Source of the DNA: Psilocybe cubensis
Lineage: Eukaryota
Reading direction: 5' to 3'
Assembly: GCA_017499595.2 (NCBI GenBank)
Contig: CM039005.1
Coordinates: forward strand, 2,480,001 to 2,544,000
DNA length: 64,000 nucleotides
A program made the position numbers and the translations under genes. Shown piece by piece: positions 27,800-40,864 of this stretch; within the stretch, counting starts at the first letter, position 1, and every line of letters begins with the position of its first letter. The notes under the pieces were generated by a model. That model was not told where the DNA came from and searched no databases. It was given only the letters and a program-made list of their open reading frames with translations.

Positions 27800-28400
27800 A
27801 CCGATGCCTCCGCTCTCCTGCCACCGCTCTCACAATGACAGCATCCGCAATCTCCACTGACCCCTCTGCTTCTCTCTGCCATTGACACCACCCCCACCGT
27901 TTATTCAATCTCAACAAGCAGCATTGTCTGCTGCTTGTGTTCTCCTGTCACTTTGCCACCCCCTCCACGTCAACAAGCAGCCACGCTGCTGATTCAACTT
28001 TGCTCACTCCAATCTCCCCACTCACCTCTCGACGACTAGCAGGCTGCCGCCTACTCACCCTCCTTCCAACAACTAGCAGCACTTTGCTGCTGGTTTGTCT
28101 CTCGTGCCCCGCTACCCACCCCTCAATGTTGTCGCCGCCACCACCGCCATTTTCCAACGACCAGCAGTGTGATGCTACTGGTCCTTTTTCTTCACCGCCC
28201 ACCCACTCATTTTCAACAACCAGCCTGGGCTGCTGGTTACTCTCCGCCTCCAACGCCACCCTCACCGCTCACCCTTGCAATGAGCAGCTGGCTGCTTGTA
28301 GTTGTTGCTGCCATCATCATTCACCCCCGCCGCCAACCTCTTGACCCTGCTTCCCTATCTGATACTGAGCAGCCAGATTGGCTGCTCTTATCACTCATTC
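27800..28400 (+). repeat. C-rich low-complexity repeat, loosely related (inverted) to 37840-39170
   Basis: Shared blocks such as acgaccagcag...tgctactggtcc...ttcaacaaccagc versus the reverse complement of 38930-39020. Confidence 0.45.
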
Positions 28401-30117
28401 CCAGTTTGGAGGTGATTCTTGCATTGGACATTGCCGTCAATTGGTATTTTTATACATTATAGCTATTGTTTTTGTAAAAAAAGTTGAGTCTACGGATGCA
28501 GCTAGATTTATTACAGAATAGTGTATAAAGTGAAGTCACAGAGAATCATGCTGAGCTACCACAGTTTGTCTCACCTATTTGTGCTCCCTCGGACGACAGC
28601 GTCGAGCTTGAGCACAAAGATGGACGATAGCATTCAGTTTACCTTCTCTGGTTTCAGACTCAGGGGACACTTCAATGAACGACAGCATCCACTATGAGAA
28701 AATCAGTACCAGACAATAGCGTCCAGACAGAGCCCCCACTCAGATGACAGCGTCTGATGTGAGGGTACCAGAGAAAACTACCGCACGTCCCAGCGCACTG
28801 TTGTGCGTGGAAGGGCACGTCTCTGCACTTCCGTGCACACCCATTAGACACAATCTGAAGGCTAATTTTAGTATTGCACAATCAGTTGGGCTTCATATGT
28901 CAAACATAGACTTCCATTTTTAACGTCTATTCCAAAAGTTGTTCACAACTGATTCCAAACCCGACCGGGCCTCAATTCTCAGCTTAACTTCAACTATTCA
29001 TCAATTAACTGTAGCTATGCCCAAATTCCACCCAATTGGAACCCTCATTTTCACCGCGCACACGCCCACACACGTCCCTCCAGCCACTCGCGCACTTCCC
29101 TCAGCCACTTGTGCGTGTCTGGACTCCGCACACATCCAAACACTTGCACGTCCCATCACTGTGCGTCCCTTGCTTCCCTTGCTTCCCCTGCACGGTAAAA
29201 AACCTGTGTCCCCACAGTAGGGGAGGAAGAATCCAAAGCTTCCCCAATTTGGGTAAGACTGTATTCTTGGAAATAATGTTCTTGCAAATTGGGGTGGGGA
29301 ATAGCAGATGATGAAAAGGTGTTGCTGTTAGCACTTGTTGCATGACTATATTGAGACCACGGAGCAGCTAACGCCTCCCAATGTGGATCCATTAGATCAG
29401 GTTTGACCGCAACAAATGGGTTGGTGGAGAAAGCAGGTGGAAGTGGATGAGGCGCAAGAGTGACAGTTGTGTCTGAAAGGGGAACTGGTGGGTTACAGCC
29501 AGGGGCAACCACTTGAGATAATTCATAGGGAGATAATGCAAAAGAGTCGTGGAAGGATAAAGAGGGCGGGTGATGGCCAAAAAATCCACTCTGGTCAGAT
29601 AATTCTTGGGAGAATAACGCCGCGGGGTTGCGGAAGGAATTGAAACAAAAAAAATTCAGAAGCTCTGTCAATTTAAAAAGAATTGATCTTTCCTCTTGAT
29701 GAATGGCAGCTATTTCTTTTGCGACAAAGTCAATACATCTATTTGTTCCTTTAGCATCTAGCAAATATGCAGCCAACACAGCCCGCACCTTAACGCCTCT
29801 TCCCCAGTGAAAGGCTCTCTCTTGGGTCTTGTATAATGACAGGTAATTTCCTTGTCTCCATAACTCATGCAGAGAACCTTTTTAGCACCATCACACCATA
29901 TTTTTTTGGCGGCGGCATTAGTCCTACACAAGCAGTTCCAATAACAATAGGCAGACAAATGTTGATATTGAACTTACGCATGCTCCTAGAAACAAAAAAT
30001 ATTCAACTTGACATATTAGAGACAAGGTTATAGGCAAGCTCACTAGAAACTCGAGTGGGTTTCATAAAATTCTCTTTCTTTCTTCTTGTCGTGGGTGCAA
30101 GTCAAGCTATGGATTAG

Positions 30118-31686
30118 TGTCAGGGTACGTATTGGTGCTACCCCTATCCGTTATTGTTATCTGTTACGGTCCCACACTGTCATGCCTTGTTCTATCTTTG
30201 TGTTTGGTCCCACGTCTATTGTTCTCCTGTTTCATCTATTGATAGTTGTCATATGTTGAGTACTCTGGTCCGGGAAGTAGTTACTCCGGTCTCCATGTAT
30301 ATATAGGGTCCTGGGGTCAGTAGTCAGACCCCAGCTTTGATATCAACTTGGTCTTTGGGCACTCTTCTCTCTTGACTTAAGTTGATTCCTAACAGCATAT
30401 CGAAGCTACCCAACGTTGCCCTGGTACTCTATCCACTGCAGCGCTCGTCTACTCTACTCTACCTTGCCTCCATCTATTATACACCATGGCCGACCCTCCT
30501 TTGCCTTACGATGGGTTTATGACGATGTCCCTTGAGGACCGTTTTGCCCTCCTCTTTAAGGTGCAGCAAGTCCGGTTTGATGCCAATAAAAAGGTTGATG
30601 ACCAACTGTCTGCCATCGAGTCTAAACTCGAACGCCTTACGGCCTCTCTACCCAAACCGCCTGCCACTCCCACTCCCTCTACTCGTGCACCTTGCACTCA
30701 ACGCACCTCTAGGAGCACCTACCTCTACCCCTACTACAGGGCCCCCGCACTCCCAATCCATCTGCTCTACTACTACCAAAGCCGCCCTCGAGAAGATTGT
30801 CGCTACCCTGTCTATTGTGGACAAACAGGCTGGCCACGTCATAGGGCGTGCGGGAACTGGCTTATGCCAAATCCACAACATCTTGCATGCAAAGATCTCG
30901 GTCTCCCCTGTTGTCACCTCTGGTTTGCGTGCCGTCACTATCAGGGGCACCACTCGTGAAGTCGGTGATGCTCTCTCTGCTATTGGCAAGCGGATTGCCC
31001 GTCATTGCATCCGCAACCCTAGGTCCAAGAAGCCTAAACAGCCTCCTGCTCCCACTGCCGCCCCTCCTACCCTCGTCGTTGAACCTCCTTCTCCTACTCC
31101 AACCTCAAGCTCTACCCCAACTACGCGGACATCCTGTTCCGGGACGGCTTCTCCGCATTTGCCCACTCCTACGGCTGTTGACACTTGCTCCAGCCCATCC
31201 TTGTCGCTTGCCCCTGGTTCGCCTATGGAGGTGGACGCTCTCAGGGCTCTGCTACAATACTCTGACGGTTACTCTCGCCCCGGGCCTGTTCAGCCTAGGG
31301 AGGGAATTCAGACCGCACGTCGTGGCGGTGGACCGCCTTGTGTCTTTGGTGCAAACCGTCCACGGTGAAGACCAGGTCGTTGGGACACCGACCTTTAGAG
31401 GGGAGGTGATGTCAGGGTACGTATTGGTGCCACCCCTATCTGTTATTGTTATCTGTTACGGTCCCACGCTGTCATGCCTTGTTCTATCTTTGTGTTCGGT
31501 CCCACGTCTATTGTTCTTCTGTTTCATCTATTGATAGTTGTCATATGTCGAGTACTCTGGTCCGGGAAGTAGTTACTCTGGTCTCCATGTATATATAGGG
31601 TCCTGGGGTCAGTAGTCAGACCCCAGCTTCGATATCAACTTGGTCTTTGGGCACTCTTCTCTCTTGACTTAAGTCAATTCCTAACA
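30118..31686 (+). mobile_element. Non-autonomous mini LTR retroelement (TRIM-like) with 277-bp LTRs, 5-bp TSD ATTAG, self-priming primer-binding site (PBS) and a KH-domain ORF
   Basis: LTRs 30118-30394 and 31410-31686 (TG...CA); ATTAG at 30113-30117 and 31687-31691; PBS 30397-30407; PPT ttagaggggaggtga 31395-31409. Confidence 0.95.
30486..31368 (+). pseudogene. Helical/coiled-coil N-terminus, type I KH domain, Pro/Ser/Thr-rich tail; one frameshift near 30700-30720
   Basis: ATLSIVDKQAGHVIGRAGTGLCQIHNILHAKISVSP...RAVTIRGTTREVGDALSAI fits the KH pattern with a GxxG loop; the N-terminal part lies in a different frame (ORF 30486). Confidence 0.8.
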
Positions 31687-32959
31687 ATTAGTGGGAGCAG
31701 TGTACAATAGGAACACAAAGCAAAAAAAAAAGGTTCTTATGTCAAACTAAACTATTCACTTCTCTTTCTCCCAAAGGCACGAGGCATCTTCAACGGTCAA
31801 ATGATAGTTACCACTGCTATTATTTAATGAAGAGTCTCCATGCTGGGTTTCATGAGTGTTCTTACCAGATAAAGTCTATTTGGTTCAAGTCCAGGTACCA
31901 ATTAAAGGATTGTTGGCCACTAGTAGTGTTTTAACATTCTCGATCCTAGCTAGATATTCGTCAAGTTTGGCAGGATATAAACAGACAATTAAGGACCTCT
32001 ATCATTTACGTCATGCGTGTGCAGCATAGAATCAGACTTGGTAGGAAAGAATTCACCAGGACTGTGGTAAATAACAACTAAACTACAGGTCATTGCCATT
32101 CTTGGCAACTGGTTCTTGATGATAAGGCGGAAATGCATTCCTTCCCATTCCAGAGCTGCGCAAGACAAGAGCTGCTTTTGGGGCTCAATGACTCTCAATA
32201 ACCCTTGTTCAATGATGTTGTTATAGGCTGACATTGATTGAGATAGACATCTACAGAGAGGTTGTAGTAAATCAGGGATATGCCGGTGAGCTGGATAAGG
32301 ATTGGCTTGTTCCACTATTGCTTTCAGTTAGCACCATGGCCCTAACTGGGCCCTGTTTTACAGATCAGGGTCACAAACAAACCATGAGCTTGTTTTAATA
32401 TGGCCAGCCCATGGACCCACAGCCCTTCCTACAAGAGTTGGGACTTTTTATCCTTCAACCTGTTTGGAAGTTTGCTTTGGTCTTGTATCAAAACTTTAGT
32501 CTCGGCCATTCTCGCAGATATGAGGCCAAAAATTGGGCATTTCGTCCCTTTCTCGTGGATTTGAGGGTGCCACAGGCCGACCATTGTCCGGATCTGGCGG
32601 ATTTGAGGCCAAAATTGTGGATTATTGGGATTTTTCCAGGGTCAAAGAATATTTATACATTCTAAATTCAGTTTAAATGGAGAGAAGAAGATAAAAACCA
32701 TCAAATACGCCCAAAATGTTTCTTGAATCTTCCAATACAATCCGACAACCCAACGCAGGTAATAACGGATACAGCATGTCGTGGCCCAAAGAACCCTACA
32801 TTGACGTACTTTTTTCAGATCATATCCCCTTTATAAACTGACCTCAGGTTTTAATAAGCAGGCCACCCCTCACCGTTGATTATGTTCTATACTTGGGAGA
32901 GAGTAGATGACCTTACTTTTTTTGGTAAAAAGAGCACATTTTCTGCTTTGTTGTGCTTC

Positions 32960-33588
32960 GCAGGCCCTCAGGTATACTTGCATCTCATTTTCTATTCATG
33001 TAATTTATATTTGTTGTTTGTTGTTGGCAGGCTGTATAATCTGTAATATGTGCCTTTATTGGAGGATTCTGCCACACTACTTACAAAGTCCATGTTCCAA
33101 TGCTTGCTGGCAGGACAGGCATCAATGTTTCTGAAGATCTTGATGTTTTTCTTTGGCTCCCAGGGTGCAGGGTGGCAAAATTTGATTCTTCGTGTTGTGT
33201 AGAGGTTCAAAGCGAACTTTCTAATGGCGTGGAGAAATGTACTTATGTGTTAATTCATTACGACCAGGTGTGCATTCTCAAACTAAACTTGTTTTAGTCT
33301 ATTGGTCCATTCTAATAGATTCCAGAATACACTGGAGGGACTACATCCAGCTCTTAATTATCTTGTAGAAAAGCTTAGTGGGCAAAAAGCTAACTGGTAT
33401 GGTGAGATTTTGGTGGTGAAGACTCAAGCTTCAGGAAGAAAGGTTTTGGATATGGAAGCATCGGATTTTGCTCTGATTCCAGGCATGATTCAGACGTGGG
33501 TATACATTTCCCTTGCCCTTGCATTTTAACTCAAACATGATATGAAATTTCATCAGGTTGCTGCGCAGCTACAAAACAGCACATTGAC
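32960..33588 (+). CDS. Possible small intron-containing hypothetical gene
   Basis: ORFs 33100-33297 and 33302-33529 joinable by a GT-AG intron; WYGEILVVK...VLDM motif; start unclear. Confidence 0.3.
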
Positions 33589-35533
33589 AGTTTAAAACAG
33601 GATGGAAGAAGACATATAAAGGTCCCAAAGCAGGAATATTATATGTGTAATTCAAATATTGCCTTCCGCTGGCATAGACGTTGTGTTCAGTCTTCCTTTT
33701 CAGTGTGTGTTAACTCTTCTCTTTGAGGGAGGCCCAGTCTGTCGGATTCTGAAAACTCCTTATTGAGTTTATCTGTCCTCAATTGCTCCCAAAGTCAAAC
33801 GAAATTTGGGAGACAGAGGTGATGCTGTAAAGCACTTTGTCTGTCATTGAAAACTTATTGGCTTGTTATGAAAGATATTAAAGAGGTATAATGTGAATAC
33901 ATTAGGAACAGATGGGTTCAAGTTATTGAACAACTATAATGAAACTGACAAATTTACATGCAAGGCCAAACAAGGGTTGGAGAGCGGAAAAAACGAAATG
34001 TGTAACGAGTGATTATAACAAGTCGTATACTACAGTAGTTTCAAAAGACAAGAGTACTGTTTATTATAGGGTTGGGAGTAAAAAGAAAGATTGTGTGTGG
34101 GAATAGAATTTGCAATTTAAACACAGGCTGTGTGTTAGGGCGGTGGAGGGATAGTGATAACAATGTGCAGCCCAATTGCGTATCGTTGTAGGGAGCGGCA
34201 CTGTTGCCAGGGAGGGTGGTATAGTGGGTTGGCTTGAGTAGACGGAAGGAAGGTGGCAGAGGGGGATGACACGGTACGCAGGTTTCTGCATGTATTGTTG
34301 TGGGTGCCTTGTTATGGCTGGACGCGCAGGAACATGTCCAGGGTCAGCAGTGGCGGGCGGTGGAGGATGACACGACACACGATTTGCAGTGTCGTCTTTG
34401 ATATAAATGGCCGCAGCGGCAGCGGCTACGTTATTGCTAAAGAGGTGATCTGGAGGAAACACCGCACAATTAGTGTGCGTCGTCGCGTTTGGATAGAGGC
34501 GGGGGAGGGACGGACAACAACAACACGCAGTGCTCTGCGTGTCGTCGTAGGTGTAGAGGAGGGGACAGGCGGCGTTAGAGTTGAGGGGAGGTGCCAGTGC
34601 CAGGTGCCAGGGCGTGGAGGCCCTGTGCTTTGGTGCAGTGAGCGGCGGCAGTGGCAGATGATACGATATGCAGCAGTTGTTCTGCGTGTCGTTTTGAACT
34701 TAGAGGGCGGCGGCGGTGGTGGGATGAATGCCACGTTGGGCAGGCCACTGCATGAGCAGTGGGTGGAGAGCGTAATAACAAGTGCAACCGGGTGAATGGT
34801 GTAAGACACACCTCCATGCGGTTGTTGATGTTGTTGGGGGAGAACAGAACGATAGCGGCGGCAGACACGGGTGCAAAAAGCAACACGCAAGGGATAGGTG
34901 CGGATGCGCTGCGCATCATTGCAATGGGGGCACGACGCGCAGGCCGCTGGCCAGTTGTGTGTTGTTGTGGTCGGAAACAGAGGCAGAGGAAGAAGAATGA
35001 GAATTACACATAGGAGCAACTGCGTGTCATTGTTGAGGGACTAGACCAAGCGGTGGCGGCGGCGCTGAGTGCAGAGCATGCCGGGCGTCATTGTTAGCAG
35101 AGATGGGGACAGCAGAGGCATCAGATTGGAGGGACATGGCAGCGGAATGTTTGCTACCTTGACCGCAATCGGACACAGGCTACAGCCCTGGCACATTTGT
35201 TGTGGGAGGACCGAGGGGGGCGGCTGGGCTGCAATTTGTTTAGTGAAGAAAACAAGTGTTAGGTGCACCTTGTGGGTCTCCCTCACTGTGGGGCTGGGCG
35301 CCACTCCCTTCTGCTGGCGTGCCGCGTTAGGACTTGTCTTTGGGGCACATTTGCTGCTCTTCAACTTCAAGGCTCTGCAAGCCTTGCCTGAAATTGGGCA
35401 GATAAAAAGACCCATCCTCCTTTGTCAGACTTGTAACACATTGCCTCTTAATGCCTAGTAATTCAAATTTATTACATGTTATCATACTATACTAAAACCA
35501 ATGTTCTCCATTTCAGTTTTCCTACGCTTTAGG

Positions 35534-36650
35534 CTAAGCAGCAAGCAATCCAATTTTCAGACATTTGTATCTTCTTTCAATGGCCCAGTCAGATTGAACC
35601 TCCCATTTGACCCTATTCTTGCTGTAAGTAAGGATCTCCATGAATGATGGATTAGTCTGGGATAGATTTTCAACTGTTGCTGCCAGCTTTTGCTGCTTCT
35701 CCATCTTAAGGGCGGCCAGAATGGCGTTGCAGCTGTACTTTCCCCCTGAGGCATAGGTCCACATCCCCCAAAATCTATCCTTTCCAAGTTTCAAATAAGA
35801 CTCCATAAGGAACTATCCCTTATTTATGAGCATTATAAAGGGTCTATGTATCAAAGCACTCACACTGCAATTCCTCCATGTTTCTTTCAGTAAGGTCCAA
35901 TAGTTACACTTTGGATACAAGTATTTGTACACATTTCCCCAGTGTTTTATTGGAATACAGATTCCTTTGATTTTCAATGGGGATTTCTTGGCAACCCAAT
36001 AAATGGATTCATTGTCCCAGAATGTGGCAAGACTATTGACGCAAGAGGAACTGAAGGCAGGGGGCTTGGGCACGTCTGCTACCATGTATTCTAATGCCCC
36101 CTCTTTCAGAACTAACTTCTTTGCTACAAATTTGTTAGCAGGAGGCGAAAGAAATAGAGGCCTCTAGAATGCACTTTCATTAAGATAATTGACCCCATCC
36201 TCAAGGGGGGATGAATTTGCTTCCAAAATCTCTGCATCAGAGGCCTCCCCTCTGCCCACATTGACTCTGCTTTCCATTGGTCTAGTTTGCTCTAGAGAAT
36301 ATTCCGTCTCCAGCAGCTGTGTGGGATCTGGATTCTTGAGGACCTTCCTGGACTACGGTCAAGAATACAATTAAATTAACAGACGGAAACTAGGATCTGG
36401 GAAGCAAATCACTAACCCAGTCCATGATATCAAATCCCTCTGACGTGTGGTCCAGAGGATTGGATTGATGAAATGGAGCTGAGTTGCGCTCCTTCCAACG
36501 CTGAGTGGATAGTTTCGATGTTTTTGAATATTTTGAAGGGCCTTTGTGCTGGCGGAGATACACTGGCTGCGGTTGACTATGATAGAAAACCTAGGGTGAG
36601 TCTAAATCTTGCCCTAGGCGCAAACAACTTACTTCAAGATGGATTCCCAA
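35534..36650 (-). pseudogene. Degenerate hypothetical gene downstream of, and co-oriented with, the tyrosine recombinase
   Basis: Protein-like segments FWDNESIYW...SPLKIKG..IPIKHW..VYK and GKDRFW...AILAALK separated by intron-sized gaps; stops upstream. Confidence 0.45.
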
Positions 36651-37839
36651 CGGTTTTCTGGAATGTTAGAAAAGGCAATCAGCGCCTCTTTATATCCAGC
36701 CTTATTTCTAGCCATGACTTTTAATTTTAGAATAGAGCAGAGGTCTTTCAATTTTTGTAGACGAAGGGAATCTCTAACAATCATTTGCTAGTCAGTATCC
36801 TTTTAGAGCAAGTTATTTTTGGCGTCTATCTCTCTGTTTGGGCCTGTAGGGAGGCGGCAGAGGTCCGGATTCAAACTTGACATATCTCACTGAGTCAAAA
36901 AAGGAAACAAGGAAGTGTTGTTAAATGTAGATGTAAATATTTGCCATTATATTTGTTCTGGTATATACTCAAAACTGGGGTAGTTGATTTTTTGAGGCCA
37001 GACGTCTTGGCATGGCATCAGGAATGCCTGTGTCCAAACCTGGAAAAGCTGTTTCCGGTCTTCATCATTCCAACCCCAAGCTAGGATCTTGATAACATTC
37101 GTTGTTCAAGCCTGTTAGGAACAACTTCCGGCTGAGGGTGATGGAGACTTTAGTCTCTCCCGCAATCAGCAGCCAAATCAAGACACCCCTGTGCTACGGA
37201 CCAGCACCTCTATTGCCGCCCGCATCCTTATCTCTCCACAACCACGACTACGGTTGGCGGGACAGCTCAGGTCTAAATCAGCTTTGAGTTGTGGATTTCA
37301 AGGGTTACACCTAGGGTCTTTGGTACCGCTGCACATTAATATCCAGTAGGGTTAGCTGCAACAGAGCAAATGCCATCCCGCATTGTGGTAATTATATGGC
37401 ACTCAGATGTCCGAGCAATTAGTTGGTCTGTATGTCGTCCGTACGTTTTTTCCATGGTTTCAGAAAGACTTAAGTAGTAGTTGGTGGGTCCTCTTGCAAA
37501 TGTTGTGCAAATTGCCGGTGAATGTGTTGTTTACATGTTTGTGGTGCTCTTAGAACTTGAAATATTGACTTGTCTAGTGCAGGCCATTGCTAATATGTGT
37601 AGAATGTACGAGTCTTGAGTTGGTTTATAAAAATATACTATTATTCTCCAATATAAATTGCAGTGTAGTTTCTATTCCACACAAGTCAAATTTGGATGTG
37701 AATCCTTGTTAACATTGCAGAGTCATCAGCATATTTTCTTACAACAAGAACACCCTTGACAAATGGGACAAAATAAAGACTTATAACATTTACAAGGCGC
37801 AACGGTAGTACAATACACAAGAGAAAAAAAAACCAGTAG

Positions 37840-39170
37840 CGTGAGGCCGCTGGTTGAATTAGGAGGAGAGGGTGGTGGCAGTGAATTAGGGGGGAGAGGG
37901 TGGTGGCAGCAGGCTGATCACGGAAAGGGTGGTGGACCGCAAGGGAGGCAGAGACAAACCAGCAGCAGGCCTGCTGGTTTCCGAAAAGGTGTGGGTGCAA
38001 GGAAAATGAACCAGCAGCAAGACACTGTTGGCTGTGGAGGCAGTTCGTGGAGATGGTGGTGGCAGCGGTGATATGAAGTGGGGGGTGACGGTGAGGTGGA
38101 GAGTAACCAGCAGGGAACGAAGGGGCTGTTGGTTGTCAAAGTAAGTTGGGCACAATGAGAACGAACCACCAGCAAGACCACTGGTCGTGGAAAAGGGCGG
38201 TAGCAACAACGATCAGCATGCGAGAGACTGGGCGGAAGGGGGGGCACAATCCCAGACGAATCAGCAGCCGAGACAGTGGTGGTTGTTGAAATGAAGTTTG
38301 CGGGAGGAGAGAGAAACGGCAGCGGCAGCAGCGACGACCAGAAGCATGCTGGTTGTCAAGAGACGGGGCAGCGTCCACAATAACCAGCAGCACCGTGGCG
38401 CTGCTGGTTTTGAAAAAAAGTTGTACAGGAGGCGAGGGGGTGGTAAAGCTAATGGTTCTAGGCAAAAACGGGGGCAGCGGCATTGACAACCAGCACGCTG
38501 GTGGTCATTGAGAGGCTGGGCAAAGGGGCTTGGGCAAGACGGCATCCACAACAATCCAGTATTGAGCTGCTAGTTGTCGTCAACATGGGGTGCGCGGGAC
38601 AGGGGAACGAACCAGTATTCATTGAGGGGTGGGCGGCAACAATGGCGACGAACAACAGACTGATGTGTCTGCTGGCCATTGCGGACGACGAACAACAGAC
38701 TGATGTGTCTGCTGGCCATTGCGGATGGGAAGTTAGGGATGGGGAGAGGCGGCAACAACAACAACAACAACCAGCAGAGCAGTCTACTGCTCGTTGGGGA
38801 TTGGGGGAGGCCGCTTTCGCTAGTGGGGTGGGCAGGGAGATGAACACTAGATAATGCTACTGTTTATGGACCGGTTGATGGATGGCGGCGTTGGCGGCAG
38901 TGATGACGACCAGCAGCCTACTGGTGCATCCACAACAAACCAGCCTCAGCTGCTGGTTGTTGAAACGGGGTGCCCAGGAGGAGGGGAATGGACCAGCATC
39001 GTAATGCTGCTGGTCATTGAGGGCTGGGCGCCTGCGACAACGACAACGACAGACAGACAGACACAGCGGTCTGCTGATCGTTGGGGAAGGGGGGGAAGTG
39101 GCTTTGGCTATGGCGGACTTGTTCGCGGCGGAGCTGTTTGGGTTAATTTTGAGGTCAGTCTCAGGCGGTG
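37840..39170 (-). repeat. G-rich low-complexity tract including an exact 40-bp tandem duplication (38646-38725) and (CAA)n
   Basis: Seen directly; many overlapping non-protein-like ORFs. Confidence 0.6.
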
Positions 39171-40864
39171 TGAGATGGACTAACATGCACCTGGTGGGTC
39201 TTCCATTCCATGGGTCTCCCCTTGAGCAGCCCTCCCACTTAATGGCAAATGACGGTGGTGTCTATTTCCAATGTTCAACAGTTGACACATGACTAGGCAA
39301 CTACTTGCGCCCCTACAGGCGTTATGTTACTAAGAAAGGCGCCTATCAAATTTATCAATATCAATATTAACGGATTGCACAGTAAGAAATCTGAACAATT
39401 GTGAAGCACTAGTGCAATAAAATTTTGACTGTATCAAATGTTATACGATATATTCTATCTAGTCTAATGTCTGCTGTTATGGATAGGTTCAAGCATGCCA
39501 ACAAGTTCTACCGCATGTGTAACATTTGAGTGCAGGCTCTCGATCTGGGTTGAGATAGTCTTCCCTTGCCTGTTCCTGTCCATCTGTCCAACTGATTAAA
39601 TACCATACAACAGTAAGATGTGTAAAGTCTGGGGCCCATCCTCCCCAATTGCATATTTGGATGATAGACCAACACTTATTCCGGGCAAACCATTGGCACC
39701 CCCCACAGCGCAGGCTATGGGTACCAAACACCCCAGGATCTTGGTTTATATCCACTAAGCTGTTTCTAAAGAATTCCAAAAAAGTTGCCTATGACTTTAA
39801 TTTACTAGCTTTTAATGGAATTCCTTTATTGAATATTGTAGAAATGGCTCACCATGTGCTTTATGTCGTCCATTATTGGTCTATCTTTACTATCAATATT
39901 AGAAAAGATGTAACCAGAGGTAATTTCAGATAACTGTATCCATCTAGCCAATGTGCAAACTGGGCAAAGATGCTCTTCATCAGAGTGAAACTTGTATAAG
40001 TGGAAAGGTTTACTGCCTACTGCAAATCAACAATTTTCCCCCATGGCAAAGAAAAATAGGCAAACCAAAAGGAGAGTTCTTGTGGGAACGGAGAGAAAAG
40101 GACAGATAGTCTGGATTTTCATGATCAAAAATCAAGTCCTCGACTCAGAGGGTTAGCACCTCGTCGCTTTTCAATAGACAAACAAAAGCCAGTGTGATAA
40201 CAGAGTGTACCAGAGCACAGGCCAAAGGTCCTTCCCACCGATTTATGTTCCGGAATTTGGAAGCCCTGGGTACTTGGTCCAGAGGTACAGGGGCCAGATT
40301 CTTAGCCTTCATAGTAACTTTGTAGATAGAATGGATCATAACATTGGTTATGGCCCGGGAGCTTTGGGAGAGTTCTCCATTTGCATGCTTGTGGTGCCAA
40401 GAAAAATATACTTCTAAGCAACAGGGATAAGGCTGAGCCCAGAGTGAATCTCACCTTGCGTTTTTTCAAGGCAACCATGTATCTAGAAACGTCAATAGAT
40501 GTAGAAGGATTACCCTCATAGCCCTTCCCATTTGGGGAACGTTTCCAAGACAAGGTACCATGTTCGGTATTTCTACCAAAGCCGTATGTCATGGCTGCTC
40601 TCATCTTTATTGCAATTGTATAGGTTTACCGAATAACATGGGGCTCTTTATTGGAGCCATTTTTTGGATTGACATTGTTGCATCTTTTGGAATGCCATTT
40701 AAAACTAATCCAGAATTTTAAAACCTGGGACTTACTCTGCCATGATCCATCCTACAATAAGGGCAGGTGTTGAGGATGGAAGTAAATCCATCTCAAATAT
40801 GGATGTGTCAGGCGAAATTTCTTTATTGGTACAAAGGTAACGATCGAAAGCATTCATTAATCTA

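Noticed and set aside
28680..32330. Possible minus-strand gene remnants flanking the KH element
   Set aside because: Some protein-like stretches, but I could not assemble a gene model or assign a family
34064..35458. Cluster of overlapping ORFs in a GC-rich tract
   Set aside because: Low-complexity sequence open in many frames on both strands, with no motifs
37686..39292. Many overlapping 60-130-aa ORFs
   Set aside because: Low-complexity repeat DNA; no coherent protein
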